Below, piece after piece: positions 49,700 through 62,205 of a DNA stretch of 64,000 nucleotides (its first letter is position 1; the number at the start of each line of letters is the position of its first letter). A program made the translations under genes and the position numbers. Source of the DNA: Raillietiella orientalis (Eukaryota); contig JAYWIR010000037.1 in NCBI GenBank assembly GCA_036172245.1, positions 124,001-188,000 of the forward strand, in the 5' to 3' direction. The notes below the pieces were generated by a model. It was not told where the DNA came from, ran no database searches, and saw only the letters and a list, made by a program, of their open reading frames with translations.

Positions 49700-50523
49700 G
49701 AGAGCGCTCATGCCGGGATGTGAGAAACCAAGGGGGAGTCGAGGAGTTATTCGTCGGAGCCTAGGGGTTGAGGAAGGAACAAGCGGAGGGTTTCGAGGAG
49801 GGGACGCTTGGAGCTAGCGCTGTTGCCTGCGCGGGGAGGCAGCATCCTCCTCTCTTCCCTGGCGTCGTTCCCTCCGGTCCCTCCTCGACGGCCAGTCTCT
49901 CTTCCCCTTCGCCTGCAGTCTACCCCAGCCTCTAGGGTCTCCAGGGACGGCTTCCCCTTTGGCGGGTCAGGGGCTCTGACCCATAGCACAGAGATCGGAA
50001 TCCCGTTATTCCAGCTTCCCTATCCATCCTCTGGAGAGAAAGATGGACAGGGCCTCCTGATGGGCAGGTCCTCGCTCTTCCTTCCTCCAGCTTTCGTGTG
50101 CGCCCGCTTGGTGGCATCCGTGGAAGCGGCCAGTGTGGCTGGTCGGGAGATCTCATCCCTAGGGATAGCACTGCAGTCCAAGGGACAGGACCTCGATGGG
50201 TGCACGGAGGTGACCAGGACTTTCCAGGAAGAGAAAGGGACACGGACTTTGGGAATCCTCCGAGTCAACCAGTCGGGCCTCAGGGAAAAGCCCTCGAGAA
50301 AAGAATGGGCTCCCGACCTGCTTCTCGGATTCCCGCTTCAGGACCGTCCTTGCCTTTCTGAAACAGAGGCGGCCGCCTTCCGTTCTTCCCTTAGGATCGT
50401 CTTCCCCCTGATCCTTCCTCTACTCCTTTCCTTCTTCCTCCTCTCTCCCTCTTCTTTCCGGAGAACGCTTCCTGTGGGTGCTTCCAGGAATTTCTGCAGT
50501 TCGCTTCCGGATGCGTCGGTTTC
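49700..50523 (-). mobile_element. Possible decayed Gypsy RNase H/integrase fragment
   Basis: ETDAS at 50509-50523 and LLDSPLVSH downstream; nothing else recognisable. Confidence 0.25.
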
Positions 50524-52444
50524 TTAAAAAACACGCGTTCCCACCCACTCAGAAATCTCTCACAACTGCGAAGAGCATCCCCTAGCCCCTCTTTTTTTTT
50601 TTTTCTATCCTACGACGGGACCTCCTCCCTTCCTTCTCTCTCTTCGACGAACTAAAACAAAGAGGGAGGGGGAGGGGGGAGAGAGGAAGAGAAGGGTAGC
50701 CTCATCCCGTCCCAGTGAAAAGAACGAACTCCTCCACCAGCGGAAGGGACATGGATCCCTGCTTCACCGATGGACCGGTTCCTCAGGGGCCACAGGGGAG
50801 TCGGTCTCTTGGACGGGAGCCAAGAGGTCCCCAGTGTGGCGACGACGGCGCGCGCGAGGACCGGCTGCAGAGGAAAAACCAGCGAGAGAGCGTCATCGTC
50901 TTCCCGAATGCTCGTGAAGGAAGGAGCGTTCGGGCACCCCTCTGCTTCCCCTTTCTCGACCCTGAGGAGACTTACATCCAGATCCAGCTGTCCGTACGGC
51001 AAGCTCCCAAGCTCCCAGTCGGTTTTCCAGAGGGAGATCCCGGCCCGCCCGCTCTGCTCGCGAGAAGCGAATTGTTCGCGGGCGAGCAGGGCTCATCGTG
51101 GGGATCCTGCGTTCCCGGAGCGCTCGCCCCCAAGGGCAGACAGTCCGCCGTGACTTTCGAGAGTCCTTCGGCTCTCTTCAGCGGGTGCACAAAAAAACGG
51201 GACGGAGGAGAGAACGGAACTCTGAACCAGCCGTACTCTCGGGGAATGAAAGGTGGAGGGGGAGGAACTCCCCCTTCCCGCCTGCACCCCACCTCCTCCT
51301 CCGTTGTCACGACAACGAAACTCCACCTCAGCAGAAGACAGGCACTGCGAACGACGTTTCCTCAGAACGCTCCCTGCGGTTCTCACATAGTCATCCACAG
51401 GCGAAGATCGTCAGGTCACTCCAGCCGAAAAAACAGGAAGTAGACTCCCTTCCTTGACCTCACCCACTTCCTTGACTCCGCGATGAGGGAGGGGGGGAGG
51501 AGGCATGGCAGGGATGACCCACCACCCCTCTTCTTTTGCCGGAAGCTGCTCTCCTGTCCTCCTTGCCGCATCCCGCGGAACGTCCCTTTCATTCACCCTG
51601 GAACGAGAGCGGTGCTGGCGCGCGCTCTCAGCCGCGCGAAACACGGGATTCCCTCAGGTGGAGAGAAGGCGGCGAAGCGCTCTCAGGGGCGGGTCACTGC
51701 GCGCGCCTCGAGGCCAATTGACGGACTCTCGGGAGTGCTTCGCGAGCCGCTAACGGAAGTTCGAGGTATGCGAGCGCCGCTAGCGGGAGAAGGTGGAAAC
51801 GCTGCGAAGTCCTGAAGGCATGACCAACCCCAACGCAGGGAAAGACCGACTCTCCCCTTACTCGGCAGTTAAAGAGCCCGTTAGCCAGCCTCCTCCCTGC
51901 TTCTCTCCCTCTCCCCACCATCCGGGAGTGACCCTCAGCTTGGAGAACGCGAGCGGGACCGCGGTGCAGCGAAGGTGAAACCGCAGGGCAGCCTTCCTGG
52001 CGGGCGCCAGTCCTGGAACACGTAGGCGTTCTCCTACCGGAACACTGCCTGTTCCTGTCGGCCGCTCCCAGGAGGGCATAGACGCGCCGTGGAAGGCGGC
52101 AGCCAGAGGTTCTGCCGGAAGACCGAGGACCGGGGAGGAAGGACGTCCCTTCCATCCCTCCTCCCCAGCTCGGGGCAGTAGTGAACAGGCAGGGAGGCAG
52201 ATGGAATTTCGCGAGAGAGACGACGCGGTTGCCTTGCGACCGAAGGTCTCCGGTCTCCGCTCATCCTTTCTCCTAAGGCTTCCCGAAAGCGAGGTGGGGC
52301 CGCGACGAGAATATGCAGGATGAGGGGAGGAGGGGATGGGGGGGGAGGGAAGAGAGGCACAGAGGCAGTTTGCAGACTCAGAGGGGCTCGTGAGCGCCCG
52401 CTACGTGGGGATCGACAGGGCGTCTGTTACCTTGAGCACGCGTT

Positions 52445-53210
52445 GGTGGTCCTGTGGCGGCGGTCCCCGCGCGCGTGATACCAGGCGCTGCGGGTTCGAA
52501 TCCCTCTCTGGGGGAAGGATCGACGCCGAGAATGAGGTGTGCGTCATGGGTTTCGGGTCCTCCATCCGCAGGATGACGCTAGTTGGCCTATTCGGGAGCG
52601 GCACTGCTGGAAGCAGCCTGATACCCCCGTTGTCCGATCGGGATTGGAATTCGATTCTCCGGGTCCATCCAGGAATCAACGAGCCGGTTCCTTTCGAGGT
52701 TGCTTTCCGGATTGTGCAGATGGAGCGCCCTCCCTCTCGGAGGGGGAGAGCCTCCATGGAGCTGGTGGGTTGATATCCTCTCCAGAGTGTGGAGAAGCGC
52801 GCTGCTCCCTTGAGGGTTCCCTCCGGAGAAGAAATTCCAAGAGCCGATCCTTTCTGGGTTCCCTTCGAAGAAGAAATGAGGATCAGCCCCCACAAACTGG
52901 GGGACCCTTTCGGAGAGAATGAGGAAGAAGAGGTTTTCTTTTGGGGTTCCGTTCGGAGACACGTAGGACGAGGGTTTCGAGATTCAATCTCAAGAGCAAA
53001 AGGGACGGACTCCTTTCTCCGGAGCCCTTTCTGAATTCATAGAGTGGGCCCCTCCCGGGGTATACCCCCTATAATGGGAAGAGTCACTACACTCATACCC
53101 TCGGGTGGAGTGGACAGATGATTCTTAGAGAGCTCTGTGCCTCCCCCTCCTCCCCAAGGAGGGTGGACGGTTCTGTCAGCACTTGGCGAACTCCCCAAAA
53201 AGGAGTACCT
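52445..53210 (+). mobile_element. tRNA-headed SINE-like interspersed repeat (copy 2)
   Basis: B-box GGTTCGAATCC 52493-52503; colinear with 4885-5590 and with the reverse complement of 1090-1678 plus 2314-2480. Confidence 0.7.
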
Positions 53211-53989
53211 TGTTCATTGAGGGCTTGCTTCCCGCTCACGATCGCTTCATTCTCCCACGCTTTCGCATGCGGATCTCGGGCCTCGCTCGGTCTCACGCCG
53301 GGTATTGCGCGCCAAAGGGCTTGCTATCCTTCCAAGCAGGAATGAGAGGAGTGGCACACCATCACCCTCAGTCTCAAAGCCACCACTGAAGCCTCCGTTG
53401 ACAACCACTCACAGCAGCTCACGCATCTTCCACACGCACTAGAGAAGGTCCGCGAGTCTGGGTGCCCCTCGCACGCGCGCGTTCGCCGACAATCATCTTC
53501 CTTTGAGTTTCCGAAGTCCGTCCCCGATCGTCGTGGACTGCTGAAGGGAGGAGAAGCAGGGGCCTCCTCGTTCCCTCCGCCTGTTTCACTACGGATTGCT
53601 CCTTTGACCCTGCTTTGCATGCAGGTGGAGGATCCAAAGTGACAAAGAGAAGCGGGAGACCTGTCTCCAGGTCATGGAGAGATCGGATCCGTCTCGGAAA
53701 CACCCAAACGTCCCTCGGAGAGGTCTTGGGCGCGGCAACCATCTCACGCTGGATGGGCACCCAGGTTTCCATGTTTTTTTTTTTTTTTTTTTTTTTTACC
53801 CCTTTTTGGGGTGCCGGTGCCAGCCCTTAAAAGTGGTCTCCCATCTCACCCCCGTCCCGTTTCTTCTCCTTTCCTCTTTTTTCCCGGTTCAGTATCCCCG
53901 CAAGCGCGGAGAGCTCCGACGTGTCATCCTTTCAGATCATGACCATCTCACAAGCTGTATGGATGCGACCTTCCATCCTAAGGGATGTG

Positions 53990-54900
53990 AAGTGTTCTCG
54001 TAAAAGCTGTTCTCGTGACAGGAGAAAAGGAGTTGGGTTGACAAGGAGAAAACCACTCAATCTGGTTCCTTCCGATTTCTTCTCTTTGGCCAGCTCGTTG
54101 CAGCTCCATTTCTGGTTTTCGCTGACTTTTTCTCGGGTTCTCACCGGACGCTGCTGTGCTCAGGCTCTCATGACTGTCTCTTCCTCCTCGCCTTTCGGAG
54201 GTGGCCAGCACCCCGTGGCGTCGCGTTAGCAGCTGTCGTTAACGCTAGTTGTAGCGTTGCTGCCACACCCTCGTCGTCTTGTCTGCTGCTCCGCCCTCTC
54301 GTTGTGCTTTGCAAATCGCTATCTGAAGAAAGGTCTCACTTTACAAGTCCCCATCCACGACGGGAGAAGGCTGGGGTTGTCAGGAAGCAGAGAAGGAGCC
54401 GCTGCCTTGGAGTGCCGACCTGCCTAGTTGACTAGGGCGAAAATATCTTGTTCTGCTGCTTTCCTTCGGGGGTTCCTTTCTCCCAAATTGATGGCCGCCT
54501 GTCCAGAAAGCGGAGAAGAAAGAGAGGTCTCGGACAACTCGTCTTTTGTATTCGTGAAAAGGACACAAGAGGTCGATAAAATGATGCAAAAGATTTTCAG
54601 AACTCGTGGTGGAAGGAGAGGGAATGAATTTCACCCACACGGTTCTAGAAACCGATTGTGGAGACCCGTCTGCAAGCAACCACGAAGGTCTCTCTAATGG
54701 CTTTTACGTTTCCTTCTCCTCATATCCCTGGCAGTCTATCAGCAGGCAGGCTACTGGATTTGTCCTTCGTGAAGATAACCTTCTTGCATTCCAGTCCCCT
54801 TCTTCCTTTCATGCCTCTTGTCCATCTGGTTTTTGGATCCGGATCTATCAGCATTGCTATCATTTTATCCTTCCAGGAGAGGCAGGAATTCCAGTCGACC
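53990..54900 (-). mobile_element. Decayed Gypsy-like integrase core and C-terminal tail
   Basis: ORF 54380-54679 (WVKFIP..TSSENLLHHFIDLLCPF...VVRDLSFFSAFW...YFRPSQLG) follows the rve core pattern; downstream ENPRKSQRK / QKWSCNELAKEKK matches the typical post-integrase helix. Confidence 0.5.
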
Positions 54901-57900
54901 GAACTTAGGGCCGCTTCTGTACTGATTTCATCTGGGAAGGTTCCCGAGGTGCGGGTTGAAGGAAGATTAGAACGTGGTTCATTGCACCCTCCCCTCATGA
55001 ATAGGATTGAAGTGGTAGGACTACCTGCTGCGAGAGACGGTGGTGGAGTACAGCAGGGCTTCTCGCATGATGCAGAAGAACAAGGATAAGTGGTATTCAG
55101 AGGAACTTCCGTAAGGGGTGAGACGTAGTATGCCTCTTCTGCTCCGTTTTCCTTTTAACACCTTTTCGGTGCGGAGCTCATCCGATTTAAACGTTACGTG
55201 CAGACGGCACACATGTCTCAGTTGCGATCCTTGTGGATGGAATGCTCTTTCGCGTACCGCGTACTCGACCGAGGTACCTATTTACTTTATAAAGTGCTGA
55301 TTAAAGTCAATGTTGTAATTATTTATTCACACCACATTAAATAAAATATTTTCATTTTTCCAAGCACACGTTATTTATTTAAAAATTACAATTATAATTG
55401 GAATAAATCAATAATTTATTCACATTTTTAAGATAACACAAAGATGAAAAACTATAATAAAGACACCGAAAAAAAAACGATAGAAATAGAATTTTGTTTA
55501 CTGTCGCTGCTAAGGGAATTATAAGAACGTAAATGTATGTGTCCATCTCAAACATGGATAGTGTTAACTTATGTCGCTTGTATAAAGTAAAAACATTTGC
55601 CAAATGCATATATGCGTCCATAGCACTCGAAAGGCTAATCACTCGAGTTGAAGTTCCTGTCCTGTTTGAACGGAGCGAATTTCCACAGACGAGTTCACAA
55701 AGTCCATCTCTGAATCCTCAGAAGACTTCCGGAGATGATCCAATAGGATCCACTATCTGGGAAGGCTCATCCTGACTTTGCCCATCCCAATCCTTGTGCT
55801 TGCTCCTACATCCGGTTCCCTCATTTCTTTCCAGCCTTTTCTTCCTCCGTGTCTATATCGTTACCTTTACGAAGCACTTGCCAGATTCCGTTATCGAGAC
55901 CACCTCGCCGTAATGCCAGGTGTCCTTTGGGCGACTACCGAAGGGGATCTTACCTGTTTACCAGGATTTCAGATTCTGCTTACCATGGAAAGGTGTTCCC
56001 TATGGAAAAAGAAAGGAGCGAGGCTTGCAAGGCTTAAAATTTGTTCTAGATTGCCTTATCCGAAGTACAAGGAAGTATACAGGACTCCAGTGCGAGATTA
56101 ACAACTGCCTTAACCGAATTTTGAGAGTTCCTCCAGTCGCACATAGAAAGGTGGTGTTTTGCTCACTGAAGACTGTCAGCCGGATCCCTCTTCATCTAAG
56201 CCACATGGAAGCCATCAGTGCTCTCTTGCATGGATATTTAATGAGAAAGGCACGAAAATAAAGAAGAAAAGAAGCTTCCCAAAGAGCTTTCCCCAGGAAT
56301 CCCAATCCGCTGTTAGACATCTCTATGTGAGAAACTCAGGAGGATCCGGAAATTCCGCAGCACCACAAGATCGTGAAAGGCGTGCGCATAAACCACATCT
56401 TGATCAAAGCTCATCCTAAATATACTGCTTTCCTTCAGGAAATAGGGGTATGATAAGCCAATTAGAGTGGAAGGATGGGTCAGGTAATCTGTGCATACGG
56501 CTGTTTTTAGATTGAGTAAAAAGAGGAATAAATCTGATTACAGTCTGGTTGTTCATCCCAGGAAGCTGTTGCATTGTTTCGAATATGAGAAAGAGAAAAC
56601 TCCAATTCTTTCTTGCCTCAGTCATCTGTTTTTCCAAACGAAGATTCCATTTAGTTTTTAAAACATGAATAAATAAAAGTAAATTTCTGTAATCTACTGA
56701 AAAACACGATCGCAGAAAAGATAAATCTTCTGGAACATATTGTAGATATTTTATCATTGTAAACCTAACAATTTGAATGATGTCCATAATCTGATATATT
56801 TCTTAGTACTTTCCAAAATAAAATGCTGATCTTTGTCTTTTTTTTTTAAGGGGTGGTGTTGTAAGTTCAAAACATTGATCAGTTATTGAAGTGAAAAAAA
56901 AAAGAGACAATCGCAAAATTCATCTATCGAAACTATAGAATATCTATTTATGTTATGGTTATTTAAATAAGAACCATAAGTATGAGTAGATTGTTTGAAT
57001 ATTAAAAAAAATACAAAATATGCGTGCCATTAAACATGGTAACACAGCATAGTCCTATGCGTTGGCACTGTGGGCAGTCATAAAGGTACAGCAAAAAATA
57101 ATTCGTTGTTTTCTATTCCTCTTCCCATGTAGCTTCCACCGAGCTTTTGTTTTTTTTTTAAATGGTTGTTTCAAATTTAGATGTCCACATTTGAGGGCTG
57201 TGTGTGCATTTCTACAAACAAGTGTATGTGCCAGAATAAAAGAATGAAAATCTCGAAATTTTAGTACTGGAGGCTAAGTAATCGATAGTCGAGCATTTTA
57301 TTAAGCCTTTTCAATCTGGTACAGGTTGTGCCTCCGTGATTTTGTCATCTCATTGTAAGGGGAACAAGTTTACTATAACAAGTCAGTAATAAACTCAAGG
57401 AACCAAAGTTCCGTTTCTTTAGTTTTTATGTCTGCTTCATTTGTTAAACGTGCCCTTCCCTATTCCAGTTCTATAATTGTCCCATGTTCGCAAGTGTGAT
57501 TTGAAATCTCAACTTGTTTGCACACAGTCTTGTGCATGCTAATGAAGTAGCGTTTACTAAATTTTAAAAATAACATTTTAGATCCTTTTCTGGAACATAG
57601 TGTTCATTGTCATTGATTGATGATTAAATAAGAATTTTAAAGTTTGAGCACGCCTAAATAAGTAGTTTATAATTCACAGATAGAAAACTTCGTTCATTCG
57701 GTAGGTATATGCCTCATCTTTTTAGCTGTAGGAATCACTCAAATCAAGATGAAAGCTATCAATCAACTGGGAAGCTAAGCTAGTACCTCCTCAGAGAATC
57801 GTGGGAAACAAATATTTTAGGCTTTTGTGGCGAATGATCTTGCGCCGCATTTTTCAAATTATGCACATCTTAGCTTCATTTTGTCTGTAGTTATGAAAGA

Positions 57901-59572
57901 TTTCCAGATTAAAGTTTTTCAGTCAGTGACCATGTTTAAAAATATTAAAATACCCTTTCTCCTCTTCCCAGTTATTATTTTGTTGCAAATACATGTTCGT
58001 TTTTTTTTTATTTGTAATGGATTATGTAGTTTTGTTTGTCTGTAATGCCATTTTTGTTTTGTCAAGCAAAATTGCTATGATGTCAATAATTCTAACTTTA
58101 GTTATGCAGTAGGTGTTGTGTGTTCTATCAGTTTTGCGTATGTGCAGTTAACATTCAAAACGGAGGTAATTCTAGATACATGTGTATAAAAAAAACGTGG
58201 AATTGAAACTTTGTCTTTCTTATGGAAAGTGGTGCTTTCAGATGATTCTAAAAGTTTCGATTGTTAAAATGCTGTGCAAAAAAAAGAATTAATTTGATGA
58301 AGAGGTTGCTAACATGGAGCATTTGATTGTTTAAATCTTCCAGGCTTGCACATTAAAGTCTTATTTTGAAAAATAATATGATAATGCTTCAAGTTTGCAA
58401 TTAAGAGGCATGTAAGCAGCCAAAATAATCAAACATTCATGCAAGCATGTTGGGTTATACTTTTGTTTCATCGTCATCATAATAAAAAATTGCTATCAAG
58501 GCATAATTGGCTTCTCAACTGATTTTGTGTCTCCTGGCAGATGATTGTATGGTGTGTTTTTGCATAAAATGCAATTTATTATCTGTGTTTAATGTTCGCC
58601 AGCGTTTTTGTGACGAATGTCTCATTATGTGGAAGTGCAATTGTGGAAGCATGATGGACATGGCATAAAAGTCATTAAATGTTGCATTGGCAATTTTTAT
58701 CAGCAACAGAGGGTTTTGTTGTTGTTTCCTTGTTTAGGGGATCATTTCGAGTGTATTGTGCAGTTCACGATTTACATGAACTCGAAATGGGGAAAGGACT
58801 TAAGTTTTTTTTTATTCATCAGAGTAGTATCTTGATGCTGTAAACATTCAACATAGAAATGGGTGATTTAGTAGGTAAAAGTGTGTTTTCCAGATGGTAG
58901 TGTTCAAGTGTCTTGGTAAGCCTTGATCAGCTGTTGGATTGTTTATTTCTGGATCTAAGTGGTCATATGTAGCTGCCCTGTGATTAAACTTATCATGTGT
59001 GGGAAGAATATGAAAGCAAGTCGTGGGCAAATCTGTTAGGCCTACTACTTAAGGCCATTCTTATTCCATTTGGATGCTGCCTTTGTTTCCTCAGTTGCAG
59101 GTTGTTGAAATAACGGAAAGGAAGCTGGGGAGGCTTGCGGACGCAACGGGAAATGAGGAGAGAAAAATTGTGCCAAATGTAATCAAAGGAAAACTTTCGT
59201 TTGGGACCGTGTGCTAATTGGAAACGCTTTGGATGAGAGCACGGTGGAATTGATTGCCCTTCGTTTCGGCTGGTGTATCGTGTTCTGCCATTTTGCATTT
59301 GCTTCGTGTTCCCAGCAGCGTGCTGTGTTTAGGTGGTATGAGCTCCTCGAATTTCGGGCTCGTGTGATCCGGAGATGCAAGCAAACAGGAGAACGTTATA
59401 CGGAGATGGCGTGCTTATGAGTTAAAAACAAGGGTCCAGAGCGAGAATGGTGGGTTCTGAAGATAGAATAGATTCGAGGAGCACATTTCAGGACTATTGA
59501 TAGATGAAAAAAAAAAAAACGCATCGAATAGCACGAGCTTCCCGAAATAACGAGAAGATGGAAGAAAAAAAA

Positions 59573-59713
59573 GCACAAGAAATCAACGGGCGGCGCGTGG
59601 AAAACATGCAGATGAGGCACGTCCGATCCGAAAGAATAAAACATCCTTAAATCGCATTCCGTGAAAATGTTGTTTACCTAAATGTAACGAGAGTGAACCG
59701 CAGAAGCTCGTAC
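59573..59713. repeat. Inverted repeat, left arm
   Basis: Reverse-complement match to 60881-61039, including the exact block GCAGATGAGGCACGTCCGATCCGAAAG. Confidence 0.85.
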
Positions 59714-59829
59714 TATTCAGTAAGTAAATAAGTCCCAAAATGACGAGGAAAATTCCGATCCGGAATCTGTACGGCATAGCGCGCGCGAAGTATTGAAGGG
59801 ACTCAAAGACAGCCGTGGTGACGTAGAGA

Positions 59830-60660
59830 CGTGTGCATGTGTGTTTGTGCGTGTTCTTCCAGTTTAATGTTCAGCATCCGGTGCATGCTGGCATTTTCAA
59901 AACTACCGGCCTGGCCCGTGATGGGCTGCTCCCAAAATTATGTGCAGAATGGATCTCATATGTGTGTGTTGACCAACAAACCGATGCGTCATTCAAACCG
60001 GAGTAAGGAATTGGTGTTTGAAACGATGCACAAGACATTTGGCCGGCCTTATGAATGACCGTCTTCGGTCTCTCTGTCATATCTATGTGTGACCTCTATG
60101 AAAAGTTACGTTCTCGTCAACTAAGTGTTTTCCAAGGAGAGCCTTACTGATGCTTTCGGTTGGAATGCCACTTGACGACGAGTGTCACCAAACACGAAAC
60201 TGTTAAGCTGCAGGCAGCAAATCATTTCTCTCGGTGGGAGTGTCGTCTAGCTGGAATTCGACCCCGTCATCAATCCTGTTAAGGGATTTTGTCAATACAG
60301 CTGTTTGTGCATCTGTATTGGAAACGCAGTCTGTTTGCTTCAGATGGTGTGTTCCTTCGTGAGGCAGTTATCTAATTAACTCCAGTGCCCTTGGAATTTC
60401 AGCTGGATGTGTCATACGAAATTTTCAGTTCCCCGAATTCGTCACTGTTTTTCTAAACGATAAGAAATTTCTGTTCCGAAGTTTCCCGCCGTGCTGCCTA
60501 CTTTACCATATAAAACAACGTGCAGAGTTGAATTCTCGGTAATTGCGTCGGTATGCCCGAGTCGGTTGAACGGCGTAACTTTTGGTTTCTGTCGCCTCGG
60601 ATGTGTGTGGTTGACCTTTCCACTCGAGTTGATGCATGAGTGATTGGGCCCTCAACATCC
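59830..60660 (+). mobile_element. Heavily decayed CR1/L2-like LINE RT fragment
   Basis: Ordered eroded RT motifs: VRVLPV, QNYRP...PKIMCR, IQTGVR...HLAGLMND, LTDAFG, ISAGCV...PEFVTVFLND; many stops and frameshifts. Confidence 0.45.
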
Positions 60661-60880
60661 CATACGAGTAGGCTCTGTTCCGTGTCTCTCTTGTCGCCAA
60701 GGCATCTCATTTCCGCCTTCACAACTTTGGTGTGAGCGCTAGCAGGAGACGTCATTCGCAGTTTCCTTCGAGGAAACTTTTTGTTCCGTGTTCTCCTGTG
60801 TAACGGTATACCTTTTTTTTTTTTTTTTTTTTTTTGCTGCGGTGCAGTGCCGCACTGAATTTCCATTTGCTTTCCGCATG

Positions 60881-61039
60881 GTACGAGCTTCCGTGGTTCA
60901 CTCTCTCATTACGTTAAGGTATAAACAACGTTTTCGCGGAATGCGATCGAAGGATTTTTTTTTTTTTCTTCTCTTATCCTTTCGGATCGGACGTGCCTCA
61001 TCTGCGCGTTTTCCACGCGTCGCCCGTCGATCTGTTGCG
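60881..61039. repeat. Inverted repeat, right arm
   Basis: Reverse complement of 59573-59713 with an expanded poly-T insert. Confidence 0.85.
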
Positions 61040-62205
61040 CGTTGCTTCGGGCGGAGCGAGGCAAAAGCGCACGGCGAACGTTTCCAAGGTAGCAGCAGCC
61101 CGGGAGACGCAACCATTCATTAACTCTGGGTGAATGGTACGCCGGCCGAACGTGGCATCGGGAGGCTCGCTTTGTTTCCGTGAGAAGAATCGCGAAAGTT
61201 TGCAGTCGTGTCGGGGGGGGGGGGGGAGGGAATGCCCGGAGCAAAAGCGAATCGGAGACTTCAGTGTGCCGGGGATTATTATCCCAAAGTTGAAAAGCAA
61301 AGGTCCACTCGCCAATGGTACATTTCTCGTTGCGTATCCTTCAACGCGTTATTAATTGCCGACCTCTCAATCCCGGAAGGATTAGCTTTCGGAAACTTCA
61401 GGTAGTGGCGGGAGTGCTGCGAATTTCGGATCCCGAATTAGGTTTCCCTAATGAGGCAAAAGATGAAAGTGCCATTCCTGGTTGGAGCCTCTCGACTGCT
61501 TTCACGGGAAAATTTTTGCAAGCGCGAATGGAAAACACGTAATTCATGAGCCAAGTAAGCCGAGTTGACTTGTGGTAGTTCGAGGATTCGGAAATTAGCT
61601 TAACGGATCTTAACTCGTGAAGGAAACATCTTTGAAATAAGTTTTCGTAGTGGTAGAGAAGGAAGTAATGAAATGCATGTCACAATGTGCAGTATGCGTT
61701 TCCAGTAACCAGCTCATCAAATCGAAGCCACATTCCTGTTTGGTTTGCTTAAATCACGGGAGAATCAATATCAGGCACAGAATGTATCAATGCGACAGAC
61801 GCCGAGGTGGTAATGAACGAATGAGAATTCTGCCTTAACGTGTTGTTTGGTTTTATAGGCAGAAACATTAGACTTTATGTATACAGATTTGGTTGATTGA
61901 TGAATACAACATGAAATCGCATTCCTGACGTAGTATGTTGTAAACGTTTGTCAGGTACCCCCGCACTGGAGTAAAATTTGTGTTTCGTGTTTCTTGTGGG
62001 AGTGGTTTGGGGCTATGCTCAGTCAGATTAGAATTCTGGTTTAGATTAAGAGATAACGTAGAGTTCAGCACGTAGAAAGGTAGCCATTTTTAAAACTTGA
62101 ATTTTCTTTATGAGTTTGAAATGTGATATTGCCCCTGAAGGAATGCAGATGGAACTTAAGTGGCTCCACGAAAACTTATTTCAAATGCATGTACTTCTAA
62201 ATTAG

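Noticed and set aside
56416..56787. 123-aa ORF on the minus strand in AT-rich DNA
   Set aside because: No recognisable domain and no consistent splice model; an unrecognised gene cannot be excluded.
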